A stretch of 64,000 nt of DNA from Acidobacteriota bacterium (lineage in GTDB: Bacteria > Acidobacteriota > Thermoanaerobaculia > Gp7-AA8), in assembly GCA_019244185.1 (NCBI GenBank), contig JAFATB010000026.1, positions 64,001 to 128,000 on the forward strand. The letters are read 5' to 3'. Each line of letters opens with the position of its first letter. Position 1 is the stretch's first letter. Below, in pieces: positions 37,772 through 47,407 of the stretch. A model generated the notes under the pieces. The model saw nothing but the letters and a program-made list of their open reading frames with translations, was not told the origin of the DNA and searched no databases. A program made the translations under genes and the position numbers.

Positions 37772-38763
37772 TCCGGGCTCTCCTCGCTGTGAGTAGTGCT
37801 GGTCATGATTCGATAGCCATCTGTCGTCGTGGTTATTGTCGAGTGAATGAAGCCCGCTCCGTTGAGCAACTCAGCCAACTCGCGATCGGTACGTTCTCTG
37901 CCTCCGAAGAGGATATGCATGTCGAGATCGCGAGAAGAATCAGCCAGATCACGGGGGTTCCAGCGTCGTTCGATGATGAGTAATTCAGAGCTGTGGTCTA
38001 GCGTTTGCCGGCATCGTCGGAGCAGGCCGAGGGCGTCTGCATCATCCAAATTGTGCAGAATGCTTCCAAGTATGTAGATTCCTGCGCCCGTCGGCATGCG
38101 GTCGCTAAAGTCGTCCTGAAGTACGTCGATACGTTCGCGTAGCTCGGGCGATGCCGTCCGCACTAGCCATCCTGCGTCTTCATAGCAATCGAAGACGACA
38201 CCCCGCCAGTCAGCGGGAAGCTGGCTGAGAAGGTCGATGGCGTAGTGACCTGGCCCACCCCCAATATCGGCGATCAGTCGGGCCATTTTTGGCCTTGGAT
38301 ATATCGCGAGTTCTTTGGTCCTGCGCCGGATCATGTGTTCATCGAAGGCTCGCGACAAGATGGGGTCGGACCGGATCTCGCTCCACGTTCGCAGAGCAGG
38401 TTCCGCAGGCGAGCCCCGAGTATCCAGTAGTATTTCGCCGAGTTCTCGACGCTTAAGGTAGAGGTACCTCGTGAGTGGGTCAGGCGATGTCCGATCCGAC
38501 TCCAATCGTGCACGAGCGATCGGGAGCAGCGCTACGATTTGCGGCTGCAGCTTGACGGGCCCGGGAGGAGGGGATTGCACCAACTGCAGGAGTTCGAGAT
38601 GCCGTAGGACAGCGAGTGAAAGTTGCTGCAAAGAGTGGTGCAGAGTGTTAGGCGAATTCAGACGGGTTACCACCTGGCCGTTTTCGAAAGCCAGAACAAC
38701 GTACGGCGCCAACGGATCAACCCGTATGGCACGAATCAACTCCTCAGCATTAACTAGAGTCAC
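37768..38763 (-). CDS. SAM-dependent methyltransferase (O-methyltransferase type 2-like)
   Basis: ADIGGGPG, VVFD, DDF, ILHN.DD......L..C...L, D..M....GGRERT..E...LL..AGF. Confidence 0.88.
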   Translation of the reverse strand: MTLVNAEELIRAIRVDPLAPYVVLAFENGQVVTRLNSPNTLHHSLQQLSLAVLRHLELLQLVQSPPPGPVKLQPQIVALLPIARARLESDRTSPDPLTRYLYLKRRELGEILLDTRGSPAEPALRTWSEIRSDPILSRAFDEHMIRRRTKELAIYPRPKMARLIADIGGGPGHYAIDLLSQLPADWRGVVFDCYEDAGWLVRTASPELRERIDVLQDDFSDRMPTGAGIYILGSILHNLDDADALGLLRRCRQTLDHSSELLIIERRWNPRDLADSSRDLDMHILFGGRERTDRELAELLNGAGFIHSTITTTTDGYRIMTSTTHSEESPE

Positions 38764-38775
38764 GAGAGATCGCTG

Positions 38776-39012
38776 TTAGCTTCCGCGGATCTTCCGGAGC
38801 AACTCGCTCAAAGACTCGACTCCCTCGTCTCTGAGCACGTTTCCCAGTTGCTTATCGCTTCTGACGCCAAGATCCACGTGGTACATCTCCTCGATCGTCC
38901 CGGCCTGTGTGTCGCTTCGCTTCCGCCGGAGCGTCCCTTCGTCGGTGCGGCCGCGCTCGCCGCTCATGCTCGGATCGTCGTTGCGAACAGATGGCGCTTT
39001 TCGGTGTGACAT
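38776..39012 (-). CDS. Small hypothetical protein (R..G.LR.KR.DT..GT...Y...GVRSD..L type)
   Basis: AAGGGG RBS; stop lies 12 bp upstream of the methyltransferase start. Confidence 0.65.
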   Translation of the reverse strand: MSHRKAPSVRNDDPSMSGERGRTDEGTLRRKRSDTQAGTIEEMYHVDLGVRSDKQLGNVLRDEGVESLSELLRKIRGS

Positions 39013-39162
39013 CTGATTTCCCCTTGAAATTGATGTGTCGGCCACGAGGTGCGAAAGCTGTTCGATTCGATTCACTTCGGGCCGCTTGACATCATGCCAT
39101 CCGTCATGGAGAATGTCAACGTTCACGTCAATGTGATGATGAACGCGCGAAAGGATCTCCTA

Positions 39163-40428
39163 ATGGATATGCCGCTCACGCCTCGCCTCATCCATGCTGT
39201 TCCGCCGCAACTCGGCACCTATCTTCGGCCGAACCGCGTTGATCACAAAGCGCTGCTGGCGTTCATCGCCGAAGGCACTCCGGCCGGTCTCGAAGGCATC
39301 GTTTTCGACCCGACGCTCGACTCGATCCATACCGAGCTCCGCGACGAGGCTCGAGAGCGGAAGATCGAAGCGGTTCTCGATACGCGTGCGATGGAGCTCG
39401 CGCTCGAGGGCGGATACGTCGGCTCGCGATGCGCGCTGCCGTGGGCAGGTGAGGAGATGCACCGAACGGACAGCCTTCGCGGCGAAGCTGGCCGTGACTG
39501 CGCGAAACGGATCACCGACTGGATGGCGCCGCGCCGCTACTGCAGCGTCCTCGCGCCCACGCACTACCTCGCGGCCGGCGCCGCCGATCCCTGGTTCGCA
39601 GTCGACCGCGACTTGACGATCGCGCTGCGCGCCGCGCTCGATGCCGCCGGCCTCGCTGCCGTCCCCATTTACTATCCGCTCGCGATCAAAGGCGAGGCGT
39701 TTTTCGATGCTCGTCAGCGCGAGCAGTTCCGGCTCGCCCTCACTTCACTTCCGGTCGATGCAATCTGGCTCCGTGTTCAGCCGTTCGGCTCGCGAAGCGG
39801 CGGCAACGTCGTTCGCAAATACATCCGCGCCTGCGCCGATCTCCATTCGTCGGCTCTGCCGCTCGTCGCGGAGAAGTCCGGCACAACCGGCCTCGCGCTC
39901 CTCGCGTTCGGCGCTGTCGGCGGCATCGAAAGCGGCATCACGATCGGTGAGCACTTCGACGCCAACAGTTTGATCTCGCGTCGCGAAGGCGGCAAACCGT
40001 TCACGCCTCAAGCGCGCGTCTACATCACCGCTTTGCAGACGTTCATGTCGAAGCAACAGGCGCGGCCTTTCTTCGATAACCGCACGTTGCGCACCTATTT
40101 CGCCTGCAAGGATCGCTGCTGCCCGCGCGGCTCCGACGACATGATCATGTATCCGAAGCGCCACTTCCTCCTCCGCCGCACCGCCGAGATCAGCCGGCTG
40201 AGCGCTTTGCCGGAAACTGTACGCGCGTCGCGCTACATGGAAGAGATTCTCCGCCCCGCCACTGACCAGATGGCGAAAGCCGTTAAAGCAGCGGAACATC
40301 TGGAAACGACACGTCAGCGCCTCGACATGCTGCGCAGTGTGCTCGGCGCGATCCTCGAAGACTCACAGCCGGTCAGCTTCTCGGCTGTGCCGGAGGGCAA
40401 ACGAATTCAGACACGGCGCGGCGCCTAA
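39163..40428 (+). CDS. Uncharacterised putative TIM-barrel protein with a C-terminal Cys/His cluster
   Basis: Alternating beta/alpha pattern (AVLDT, VLAPTHY, IYYPL, IWLRV, GIESG) and C-x3-CC...H; fold is inferred. Confidence 0.6.
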   Translation: MDMPLTPRLIHAVPPQLGTYLRPNRVDHKALLAFIAEGTPAGLEGIVFDPTLDSIHTELRDEARERKIEAVLDTRAMELALEGGYVGSRCALPWAGEEMHRTDSLRGEAGRDCAKRITDWMAPRRYCSVLAPTHYLAAGAADPWFAVDRDLTIALRAALDAAGLAAVPIYYPLAIKGEAFFDARQREQFRLALTSLPVDAIWLRVQPFGSRSGGNVVRKYIRACADLHSSALPLVAEKSGTTGLALLAFGAVGGIESGITIGEHFDANSLISRREGGKPFTPQARVYITALQTFMSKQQARPFFDNRTLRTYFACKDRCCPRGSDDMIMYPKRHFLLRRTAEISRLSALPETVRASRYMEEILRPATDQMAKAVKAAEHLETTRQRLDMLRSVLGAILEDSQPVSFSAVPEGKRIQTRRGA

Positions 40429-40469
40429 CCATCTATCCAAAATCTGTGAAACGGAAAGGTTGTGTAACC

Positions 40470-40808
40470 ATGGCTTCAGCACTTGCAGAACGCCTCGACA
40501 AAATCAAAGAACTCGGGGGGATCACCGGGCGCGACGTCGCGCAACTGCTGGACACAACGCCTGAAACGGTCTCGCGTTGGAGTACGGGCAAGATTGATCC
40601 ACAACGCGAGAGGCTACAGCGCCTTCTCGAACTCGAATTTTTTCTGACGGAACTCTCGGAATTCTACTCGCCAGAGGAAGCGAAGCTCTGGTTGTTCAGT
40701 CCCCACAAATCGCTCGGCGGTGAAACGGCGGCGGCGCGCATTCAGGCCGGCCGAACGCAAGACGTGTTTACGCTTCTCGATCAGCTTCGTTCCGGTGCCT
40801 ACATCTAG
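40470..40808 (+). CDS. Xre/MbcA/ParS-type antitoxin (HTH plus toxin-binding domain)
   Basis: DVAQLL.TTPETVSRW..G; WL..PH..LGG....I..G....V..LL..L..GAY. Confidence 0.85.
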   Translation: MASALAERLDKIKELGGITGRDVAQLLDTTPETVSRWSTGKIDPQRERLQRLLELEFFLTELSEFYSPEEAKLWLFSPHKSLGGETAAARIQAGRTQDVFTLLDQLRSGAYI

Positions 40809-41327
40809 ATGATCTATCCGCCGGACATGTTGGACATCTTGCAATCCGCACGGGCGTCGGCATGGTCCGGCACCGTGTACCGCCACATGTTCGGCTCGTA
40901 CCCGCCGGCCCGTAGCAACACGACCGGCGCTCGCTGGAACGATACGAACCTCGAAGCCATTTACACGAGTTGCGAGCGAGAAACCGCGTTGGCGGAAGCC
41001 GAGTACCACATCGCGATGCAGCCACTTCGACCGCGCGCGAAGCGAACGCTGTACACCATTAACGTATCGCTCAAAAACGTTCTTGACCTCACCGTACCCG
41101 GCCTGCTCGATCAACTCGGGATCACTGCCGACGTTCTCTCCAGCACCGATCACACTCCATGCCGCACGGTCGGCGGTGCCGTGAACTGGCTCGGCCACGA
41201 TGGCCTGCTAGTGCCGTCCGCGCGGCGCATCGCCGGTACAAACCTAGTGATCTTCCAGCAGGATCTCTCAACGACCGAGTTTGAAGTCACAGCCGAAGAG
41301 GTAGTCGCTGAAGACGCTCGGCTGTAG
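40809..41327 (+). CDS. RES-domain toxin (putative NAD+ phosphorylase)
   Basis: VYRH, GARWN...IYTS...TALAE, DGLLVPSAR...NLVIF. Confidence 0.9.
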   Translation: MIYPPDMLDILQSARASAWSGTVYRHMFGSYPPARSNTTGARWNDTNLEAIYTSCERETALAEAEYHIAMQPLRPRAKRTLYTINVSLKNVLDLTVPGLLDQLGITADVLSSTDHTPCRTVGGAVNWLGHDGLLVPSARRIAGTNLVIFQQDLSTTEFEVTAEEVVAEDARL

Positions 41328-41376
41328 GCGCGACTCGTCTCGCCGGTGCGCGCACGAGATCGCGACGGAGCCCAAC

Positions 41377-42102
41377 TTGCCCAGCTACTACAACATTCGC
41401 ATCAACTACACCCGGAATAGCGTTCGCCACTTGCCCGATCCTGTGCTGAAGAGAGCCGTGGCGCGCACCCATGTGAGGCTATTCCTGGCGCCGCCCGATT
41501 CGTCACAGATCATCTCCGACGCGTCGATTCCCGATTACCTCGTCACCGATTCGATGATCGATCGGTATCTCATCATCGAACCGCCGCAGGCTTCGGTCAT
41601 GCCGGAGTTCGATGCAATCGTTAACGAGATCGAACGTGCGTACGTGTTTGGCTTGTATTTCTCGGCGCTATCGGCGGCCTGCGTCTCGATCGAGCGAACG
41701 CTGAACCTGCTGCGCATCAAGTTGCACCCCTTTCACCCAGGCACAGCGACGGAGATTGAAGGCCTAGGACCGATCGACAACTGGAAGAAGAACATCGACG
41801 CGCTCGTGCAATGGGGATATCTGCAAGAGGATGATTCAACCGCATTGCTGCGCAAGCAATACTTCATCCGGAGCAAGTATCTGCACAGCGGCCCGCTCGA
41901 TGAGTTACCGGTCGACACTCTGACCAGCATCAACGTCGCGTACGACCTACTAAAAATGACGTTGGCTTTCCCAAACTCTCTTTTCATGTATTCGAGCGGT
42001 GGTATTCGATGTAAAGACCCTTCGCATCCGCTGTTTGTCGCGTTCTATAAGCCGATCATCGTCACGGCGCCTGATGACACGCCTCAAGCTCCATCTGGTT
42101 AA
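41377..42102 (+). CDS. Hypothetical protein
   Basis: 241-aa ORF in island-like composition; G.YFSA...ACVSIER and R-x3-LH reminiscent of HEPN/DUF4145-like domains; start uncertain. Confidence 0.55.
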   Translation: MPSYYNIRINYTRNSVRHLPDPVLKRAVARTHVRLFLAPPDSSQIISDASIPDYLVTDSMIDRYLIIEPPQASVMPEFDAIVNEIERAYVFGLYFSALSAACVSIERTLNLLRIKLHPFHPGTATEIEGLGPIDNWKKNIDALVQWGYLQEDDSTALLRKQYFIRSKYLHSGPLDELPVDTLTSINVAYDLLKMTLAFPNSLFMYSSGGIRCKDPSHPLFVAFYKPIIVTAPDDTPQAPSG

Positions 42103-42126
42103 TGCGATTGTGGGTTTGCGCATGTC

Positions 42127-43032
42127 GTGCGTGCTATCGAGCGCCTCGCCCGAGCTATCATCGGAAAGCGATCGCGCGTAGCATCACAGCGGACTCCACC
42201 GCCCGCGCCTCAGGCAGCCATGTTTCGAGCTTTTTTTGATGAATCTGAAGTCGATCCTGTCTACCTGGTAGCCGGCTGGGTGGCATCCGCGGAAGAGTGG
42301 ACTAAATTCGATATCGCGTGGAATGCAGCGCTAGCGGCCGATTCCTCCATCCGATACTTCAGTCATCATGATGCGAAGATGTTGAAGGGCGAGTTTGAAG
42401 GGTGGTCGAACGAAGACACTCAGACGAAGCTCGATGCGCTCGTGAAGGTGATTTGCGATCACGAGATGTACGGCGTTACGACCGGCCTCAACACGACGAC
42501 GTGGAGGCAGGCATTCCATTCAGAGCTCAGTCGTAAGCGGTTAAAGGGCATTCTTAAATTTACGCACCACTACCAGTCATGTTTTCACAGCGCTGTCGCG
42601 ATGGTGATGCAACGGCAGCTAGAGTTGGGCCACACGTCTGACGTCGTTGATCTGGTGTTCGATCAGCAAGACGGCCTCTTGAAAGACAGCATCAAGCATT
42701 ACTCGAGCTTTAAAAGCTCATTTCCTCCCGCAGTGCAAAAAATCGCAGGCGAGATTTCGGTCGGGAACGACAAGAACACCCCTGCTCTCCAAGCCGCCGA
42801 TCTTCTGGCCGGCCAGTTAACGACGATGTTGAAGTCTGGACCGGGCCCGACGTATAAAACGATCGTGAAGTGTCATCAGGTGATACACGCGAAAGCCTAT
42901 CCTCCCCAATTCCAGACGTTCCCCGCGATCATCAAAGCGGTCAGTTGGGCATGGACCGAGAAGCGCACGCTAGATGCACAGATTGCCGCGGAGGACGAGC
43001 ATTCACCCGACAAGAAGAGGAACGACAAGTAG
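42127..43032 (+). CDS. DUF3800 (RNase H-like) domain protein
   Basis: AFFDES...YLVAG, LVFD, LQAADLLA; alternative start at ATG 42220. Confidence 0.8.
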   Translation: MRAIERLARAIIGKRSRVASQRTPPPAPQAAMFRAFFDESEVDPVYLVAGWVASAEEWTKFDIAWNAALAADSSIRYFSHHDAKMLKGEFEGWSNEDTQTKLDALVKVICDHEMYGVTTGLNTTTWRQAFHSELSRKRLKGILKFTHHYQSCFHSAVAMVMQRQLELGHTSDVVDLVFDQQDGLLKDSIKHYSSFKSSFPPAVQKIAGEISVGNDKNTPALQAADLLAGQLTTMLKSGPGPTYKTIVKCHQVIHAKAYPPQFQTFPAIIKAVSWAWTEKRTLDAQIAAEDEHSPDKKRNDK

Positions 43033-43624
43033 CGTCGTGGTTGCATTCGCACCCGTGGACCAGCCTCTAGGGGAGCCCCACATCACTTATAAGCGACCCG
43101 GCCGCAAAATCGGCTGCGGCGGGCTCGAAAACGGCTACCGTGAGCTCCAAAACACTCCCCGGAGCATCATTTAGGCCTTCCGCGGCATCACCGCGAAGTG
43201 CCCCGCGGCCGAAAAATCGTGCCCGGCATCACCCGCGAGTCCCCGGAGCCGATTTTTACGACCCCGGGGCCCGTTTAGCGATCACCGAGCATCGCCGCGA
43301 CGCCACCACCGCCCACTTAAAAGCGATCCGACATCGATGGCGCGCGAAGCCCGATCTCTGCCATTCATGTCGTCCCGGCTCGAAACCACACCCCATCGCT
43401 TTAATCCGACTCGCGCGCACATCACGCCGGCAACGCGCCGGATCACGCCGACGACGCCGCAAGCGATTACGACGGCCGCTCACTTCATGCAGAGTCCCGC
43501 GCAACGCGAAATCATCGTGCGCGAACGCAAAACCATCGCGCATGACTTCCACGCGATCCGCGATCGATTTCCGATGCCCGGCAATCGAATAGCGCTCGCG
43601 CGACTCCGCCCACCCACGCCGCGG

Positions 43625-44215
43625 CGTCACGCCTCTTGCACGCTCGTACCGCGATGAAGCGGCCGTACTTCGCCCGCAACGGTCGCGCCGCCGCGGCTCC
43701 CGCCCCCGCGAGTGGCACGTTCTGCGCGGATGCCACACCCGCCCGCCCTCGCGTCACGCCCGTTGCATGCTCGGACCGCCATGAAGCCGCCGTACTCGCG
43801 GCAACGGTCGCGCCGCTTTCCCCCGCGCGAGTGGCACGCGCATCGCGGACCGCCCGCCGGCCCGCCCGCCCTCGCCGCGACACGTCCGTTGCCTGCCGCC
43901 AGCTGCGGTTAACGTTCGTGCATCGCGTGCAACCGACGTGTCGCGGCTCCCGCCCGCGCAGATGCCATCTGTTGCGCGATCTGCTCCGGTCCCTGCCGCG
44001 CCGCGTCACGTCCGTTGCCGGCCACCAGCTGCGATTACCGTTCGTTCAGCGCGTGTAACCGACGTGACGCGGCTCCCACCCCGCGAGTGGCGCGTGCATC
44101 GCGACCGCCACCCTCCCGCCCTCGCGCGTCACGCCCGTTGCACGCTCGCGGCTCGCTATCGCTCGCCGCCTCGCGCCGCAACGGTCGCGCCACGCTCCCG
44201 CCCCCGCACGTGGGG
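43625..44215. repeat. Five degenerate units of about 125 bp, each a CGTCACGYCCGTTGC...GCAACGGTCGCG hairpin
   Basis: Unit starts at 43625, 43752, 43878, 44004 and 44127. Confidence 0.75.
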
Positions 44216-44267
44216 GAGTTCGTCGCCGAGGATCACCGGAACGCCGCCGCCCTTCACCTCTTTTGCC

Positions 44268-44851
44268 TCACGTCCCGCGACGATGAAACAGGTCCGCCGG
44301 CCCTTTCTTCTGCGAGTACTCCGCATGCTTCACCTTGAACCACTCTGTTGTCATCGCGTACGGGTCAGCGCCACGTCTCGCGACGATCCCCTCGAGGTCC
44401 ATCTTCGTGACTGCGTCAATCAACCGGGGATCGTCGGTAGCCTCGACGGTTTGCACCTGGCCGCTTCTCACAACTTTCTCGAGCTCGTGTTTTCGCCGAC
44501 GCAGCGGCAGCGCTCGAAGGTCACTTCCGTTCAACCACAACACATCGAACGCCACATAACTCGCCGGCTTTCGGTCATCATCAGCGAGGAGAAGTCCGGC
44601 CGCCCTTCTCTCATGACCACAATCTCGCCATCGAGGATTACATCGCGGGCGGGGAGCTCCCGCGCGATCGCGTTCGCCAGCGCATCGAAACGTCTCATCG
44701 GCTTCTTCGTCTTCGACAAGAACCGCCCGCGCTCATCCTCGACATACAACGTTCCGCGGAACCCATCCAGCTTCAACTTATATAGCCAATCACGTCCGCG
44801 AGGGACATCACGAACGAGCTTTGGCAGAATGGGATCGGTCTGCGGCAGCAC
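44268..44851 (-). pseudogene. Frameshifted ATP-dependent DNA ligase adenylation domain (LigD/LigC-like)
   Basis: KLDGFR and LDGEIVV in one frame; AFD.LWLNG.DLR..PL..R, EGIVA and W.KVK in another; shift near 44570-44580. Confidence 0.8.
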
Positions 44852-46365
44852 GCGATTACACCCCGATCACTTTTAAGGCACCGGCTATCACTGATGCTTG
44901 TCCCATAGTCACTATCCCCGCGCTGCCTACTGTGCTTTTTTTGTTCCGTCCACAGCCCACCCATCACGCAACTGCTCGTTGCATGGCGGTGTGCCGCGCG
45001 ACGTCGCCCGCTGCGTGCTAACACCTCAGCGGCGTCGCGCGCATCGTACCGAGTTTCGTTTGCGTATCCGCACGCTCTACACGCGGTAGCACGCGCCCCC
45101 TCGCCGCGTCACCGCTTTGCAGAGCGGGTTGTACAAACAGGCGCGGCCCATCCGCAAAAGCGGCGCCGCGGCTGCACGCCCGCCCTCGTCGTTCGGTTCA
45201 CTCGCTCATTCACGTTCGCTTCCCCTCCCATGCGCGGTCACGCCGTTTGCAGCGGGTGTTTCTATCGCGGCTGCACCTCCATCGCGGGCAAACGTCGCGC
45301 CCGCGCCCCGGGGAACCTCAAAGGAATGACATTGCTTTGCCGCCCGCCGCCCGGTCCCGCGAGCTCGCCACGCCCGCGTCCGAGGATCCTCGCGAAGGCC
45401 CGCGGCGCGTCACGCCGTTTGCAGTCGCGCGCGAAAAGGAATGCGTCAGTGCGCGCAGCAAACGGCGCGCCACGCCGCTCCTGCATCGCCTGTTGGTTCG
45501 CGCATCCCGGCATCACGTTTCCGCCCGTTCCCGTGGCTCGAGCGCGCGTCGCCTGTGGCTGCGCCTAAGGCCGCCGCTGAAGCTGTCGTGGCCCGCTTCT
45601 CCGTGGCTTCGCGCGTTTCCACGCGCTCGGTTTTCGCAAGCAGGGTAGGGCACTGCTGCGAATCACTTTCAAGCGGTCCACGCAGCTTAGCGGAGCCTTA
45701 GGCGCGAACGGTTTGTCGCGGCCGCACGTTTCCACCGCCCAACCCTTCGGCTTCACGTGCAGCGTCGCCGCGATACCGCGTCGCGGCTGCACGTTTCCCC
45801 CTCGCCGCGGACGCTGCGCCAGGCAGCGCGCCCACCACACACCCTCCCGCGCGGCTGCCGCGGCGCAGCTCGCGGGCCGCATGCGGCGCTGTCGCTGCCG
45901 CAAGCGTCCCGCGCCGCGGCTCCCACCCGGCGCCGCGCCCTGCTCGCTGGGCCGGGCGGCTAATCGCCGCCCCGGCCCAGCATTGCAGGGTTTCCCATTC
46001 GGCGGCTGCGCTCTTGCGACTTCTTCGTCTTTGCGCAGCAGCCTCGCGGTTGCAACAGCGGCATGCCCGGAACGCCCCGCGCTTCGCGCGTTGCGTTCCT
46101 CGTCGTCGATCGCAACCGCATCGGCGCGGCACGCTCCGCCACCCTCGCCGCGCCGCGTGCGCTCGCCTTCGGCTCGCGCACCGCCGCTCCGCGCGACTGC
46201 GGCCGCCCACCGCCCGCGCCCCCTGCCGCCGCAGTCGTGCTCCGCGGCCCGGCGCTTCCACCCTCCCGCCGCGGAACCCAATTACCGTCCGCACCCCCTC
46301 ACATCCGCGGACGGCAATTCGGTTCCGCGGCCCCCGGCGCCGGCGGCGCGGCTCCCGCCCCGGAG

Positions 46366-46650
46366 CTACGCCACCCGCCCATCCTCCGGTGAGACATCGA
46401 CCCACGAGATGCTCCCGCTTCGATGCTCGATGCGTTTCTTCCCGAGGACGTGATGGCCTGCGATCAACTCGCACGTCTTGCCACCGAACAGGCGCGTCTT
46501 CGCTCCGCACGTTCCGATCCGATCGCGCAGTTGCTCCATCTTTCGTCGCGCCGCGTCTTCGCTGAGGGCTGTTTCGTCGAGGTCCGGCCGGCCGTCGATG
46601 TAGCCGTGCCATTTCGATCCGACCTTCTTCGTCGTGATTTCCGCATTCAT
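46366..46650 (-). CDS. Small hypothetical protein
   Basis: 94-aa ORF with protein-like composition amid GC-rich non-coding repeats. Confidence 0.5.
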   Translation of the reverse strand: MNAEITTKKVGSKWHGYIDGRPDLDETALSEDAARRKMEQLRDRIGTCGAKTRLFGGKTCELIAGHHVLGKKRIEHRSGSISWVDVSPEDGRVA

Positions 46651-47302
46651 CGTCGAAAAGCCTGTGGATAAATGGAGCGCGAGGTCAACGATCGCGCGTT
46701 CTGCCGCGGTGTGGAGCGCAATGCACAGCCACTTGTTCTACCGCGAGTGGACGCGCGCGGAGGTGTCGGTCACGTCGAAGGCGCGATCATCGCGCGGGGA
46801 GTGAGGCCGCGGCTCCGCTGATGCGTGACTTGCGCTCGAAGCACATTCGTCGTGAGTGGTTCGCTTGTGTTTTTTTGTTTCGCCCACGGCCCGCCCATCA
46901 CGCAACCATTCGTGCCATCGGGCGCGCACCGCAACCCTGCTCGCCTCGGCGCGATCCACCAGGTGTAGATCGCGCGCCCCCTCGTGGCGTCACCGTTTTT
47001 GCAGAACGGTCGGATGAAACCGGCGCGGCCCAGCCGCAAAACCGGCGCCGCCACTTCCCACCCTCCCATCGCCTGTGGGTTCGCATCTCTCGGTCGCACG
47101 TTTCCCCCGCCCATGCGCCGTCACGTCGCTTGCAGCGGGTGTCCGTATCGTGCACGCGCATCTCTCGCGGGCAAGCGCCGCGCCGGCGCCCCCCCACAAA
47201 AATGTCCTATCGCGGCGCGCACATCGCACGGCGGGGTAGGGAAAACCGCGCTCGAATCACTCCTTAAATAACGACAGATTCTGTCGAGGAAAAGAGGGCA
47301 AT

Positions 47303-47407
47303 ATGGGAATCAGTGAGACGCACGAGCTTGAGTTTTCCGAGTTCCCGGATTTCGATCAATGGTTTGTCACCGAGTACGTCCCCCTGGCCGGGGGTTGGCA
47401 ATATTGA
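47303..47407 (+). CDS. Unannotated 34-aa peptide MGISETHELEFSEFPDFDQWFVTEYVPLAGGWQY (putative RiPP precursor)
   Basis: GAGG 5 nt upstream of ATG; its TGA (47405-47407) directly abuts the ATG of the next gene. Confidence 0.65.
   Translation: MGISETHELEFSEFPDFDQWFVTEYVPLAGGWQY

Noticed and set aside
34528-38763. Canonical Kongming (KomABC) system
   Set aside because: No adenosine deaminase or SIR2 gene; only the HAM1-like domain is shared.
43625-44215. CRISPR array or integron attC array
   Set aside because: Repeats are too degenerate, the inserts resemble each other, and there are no cas genes. There are no RYYYAAC/GTTRRRY cores bounding gene cassettes, and the integrase is tRNA-targeting.
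45100-46360. Arg/Ala/Pro-rich ORFs in the GC-rich repeat region
   Set aside because: Low-complexity translations in several frames with no RBS or motif support.
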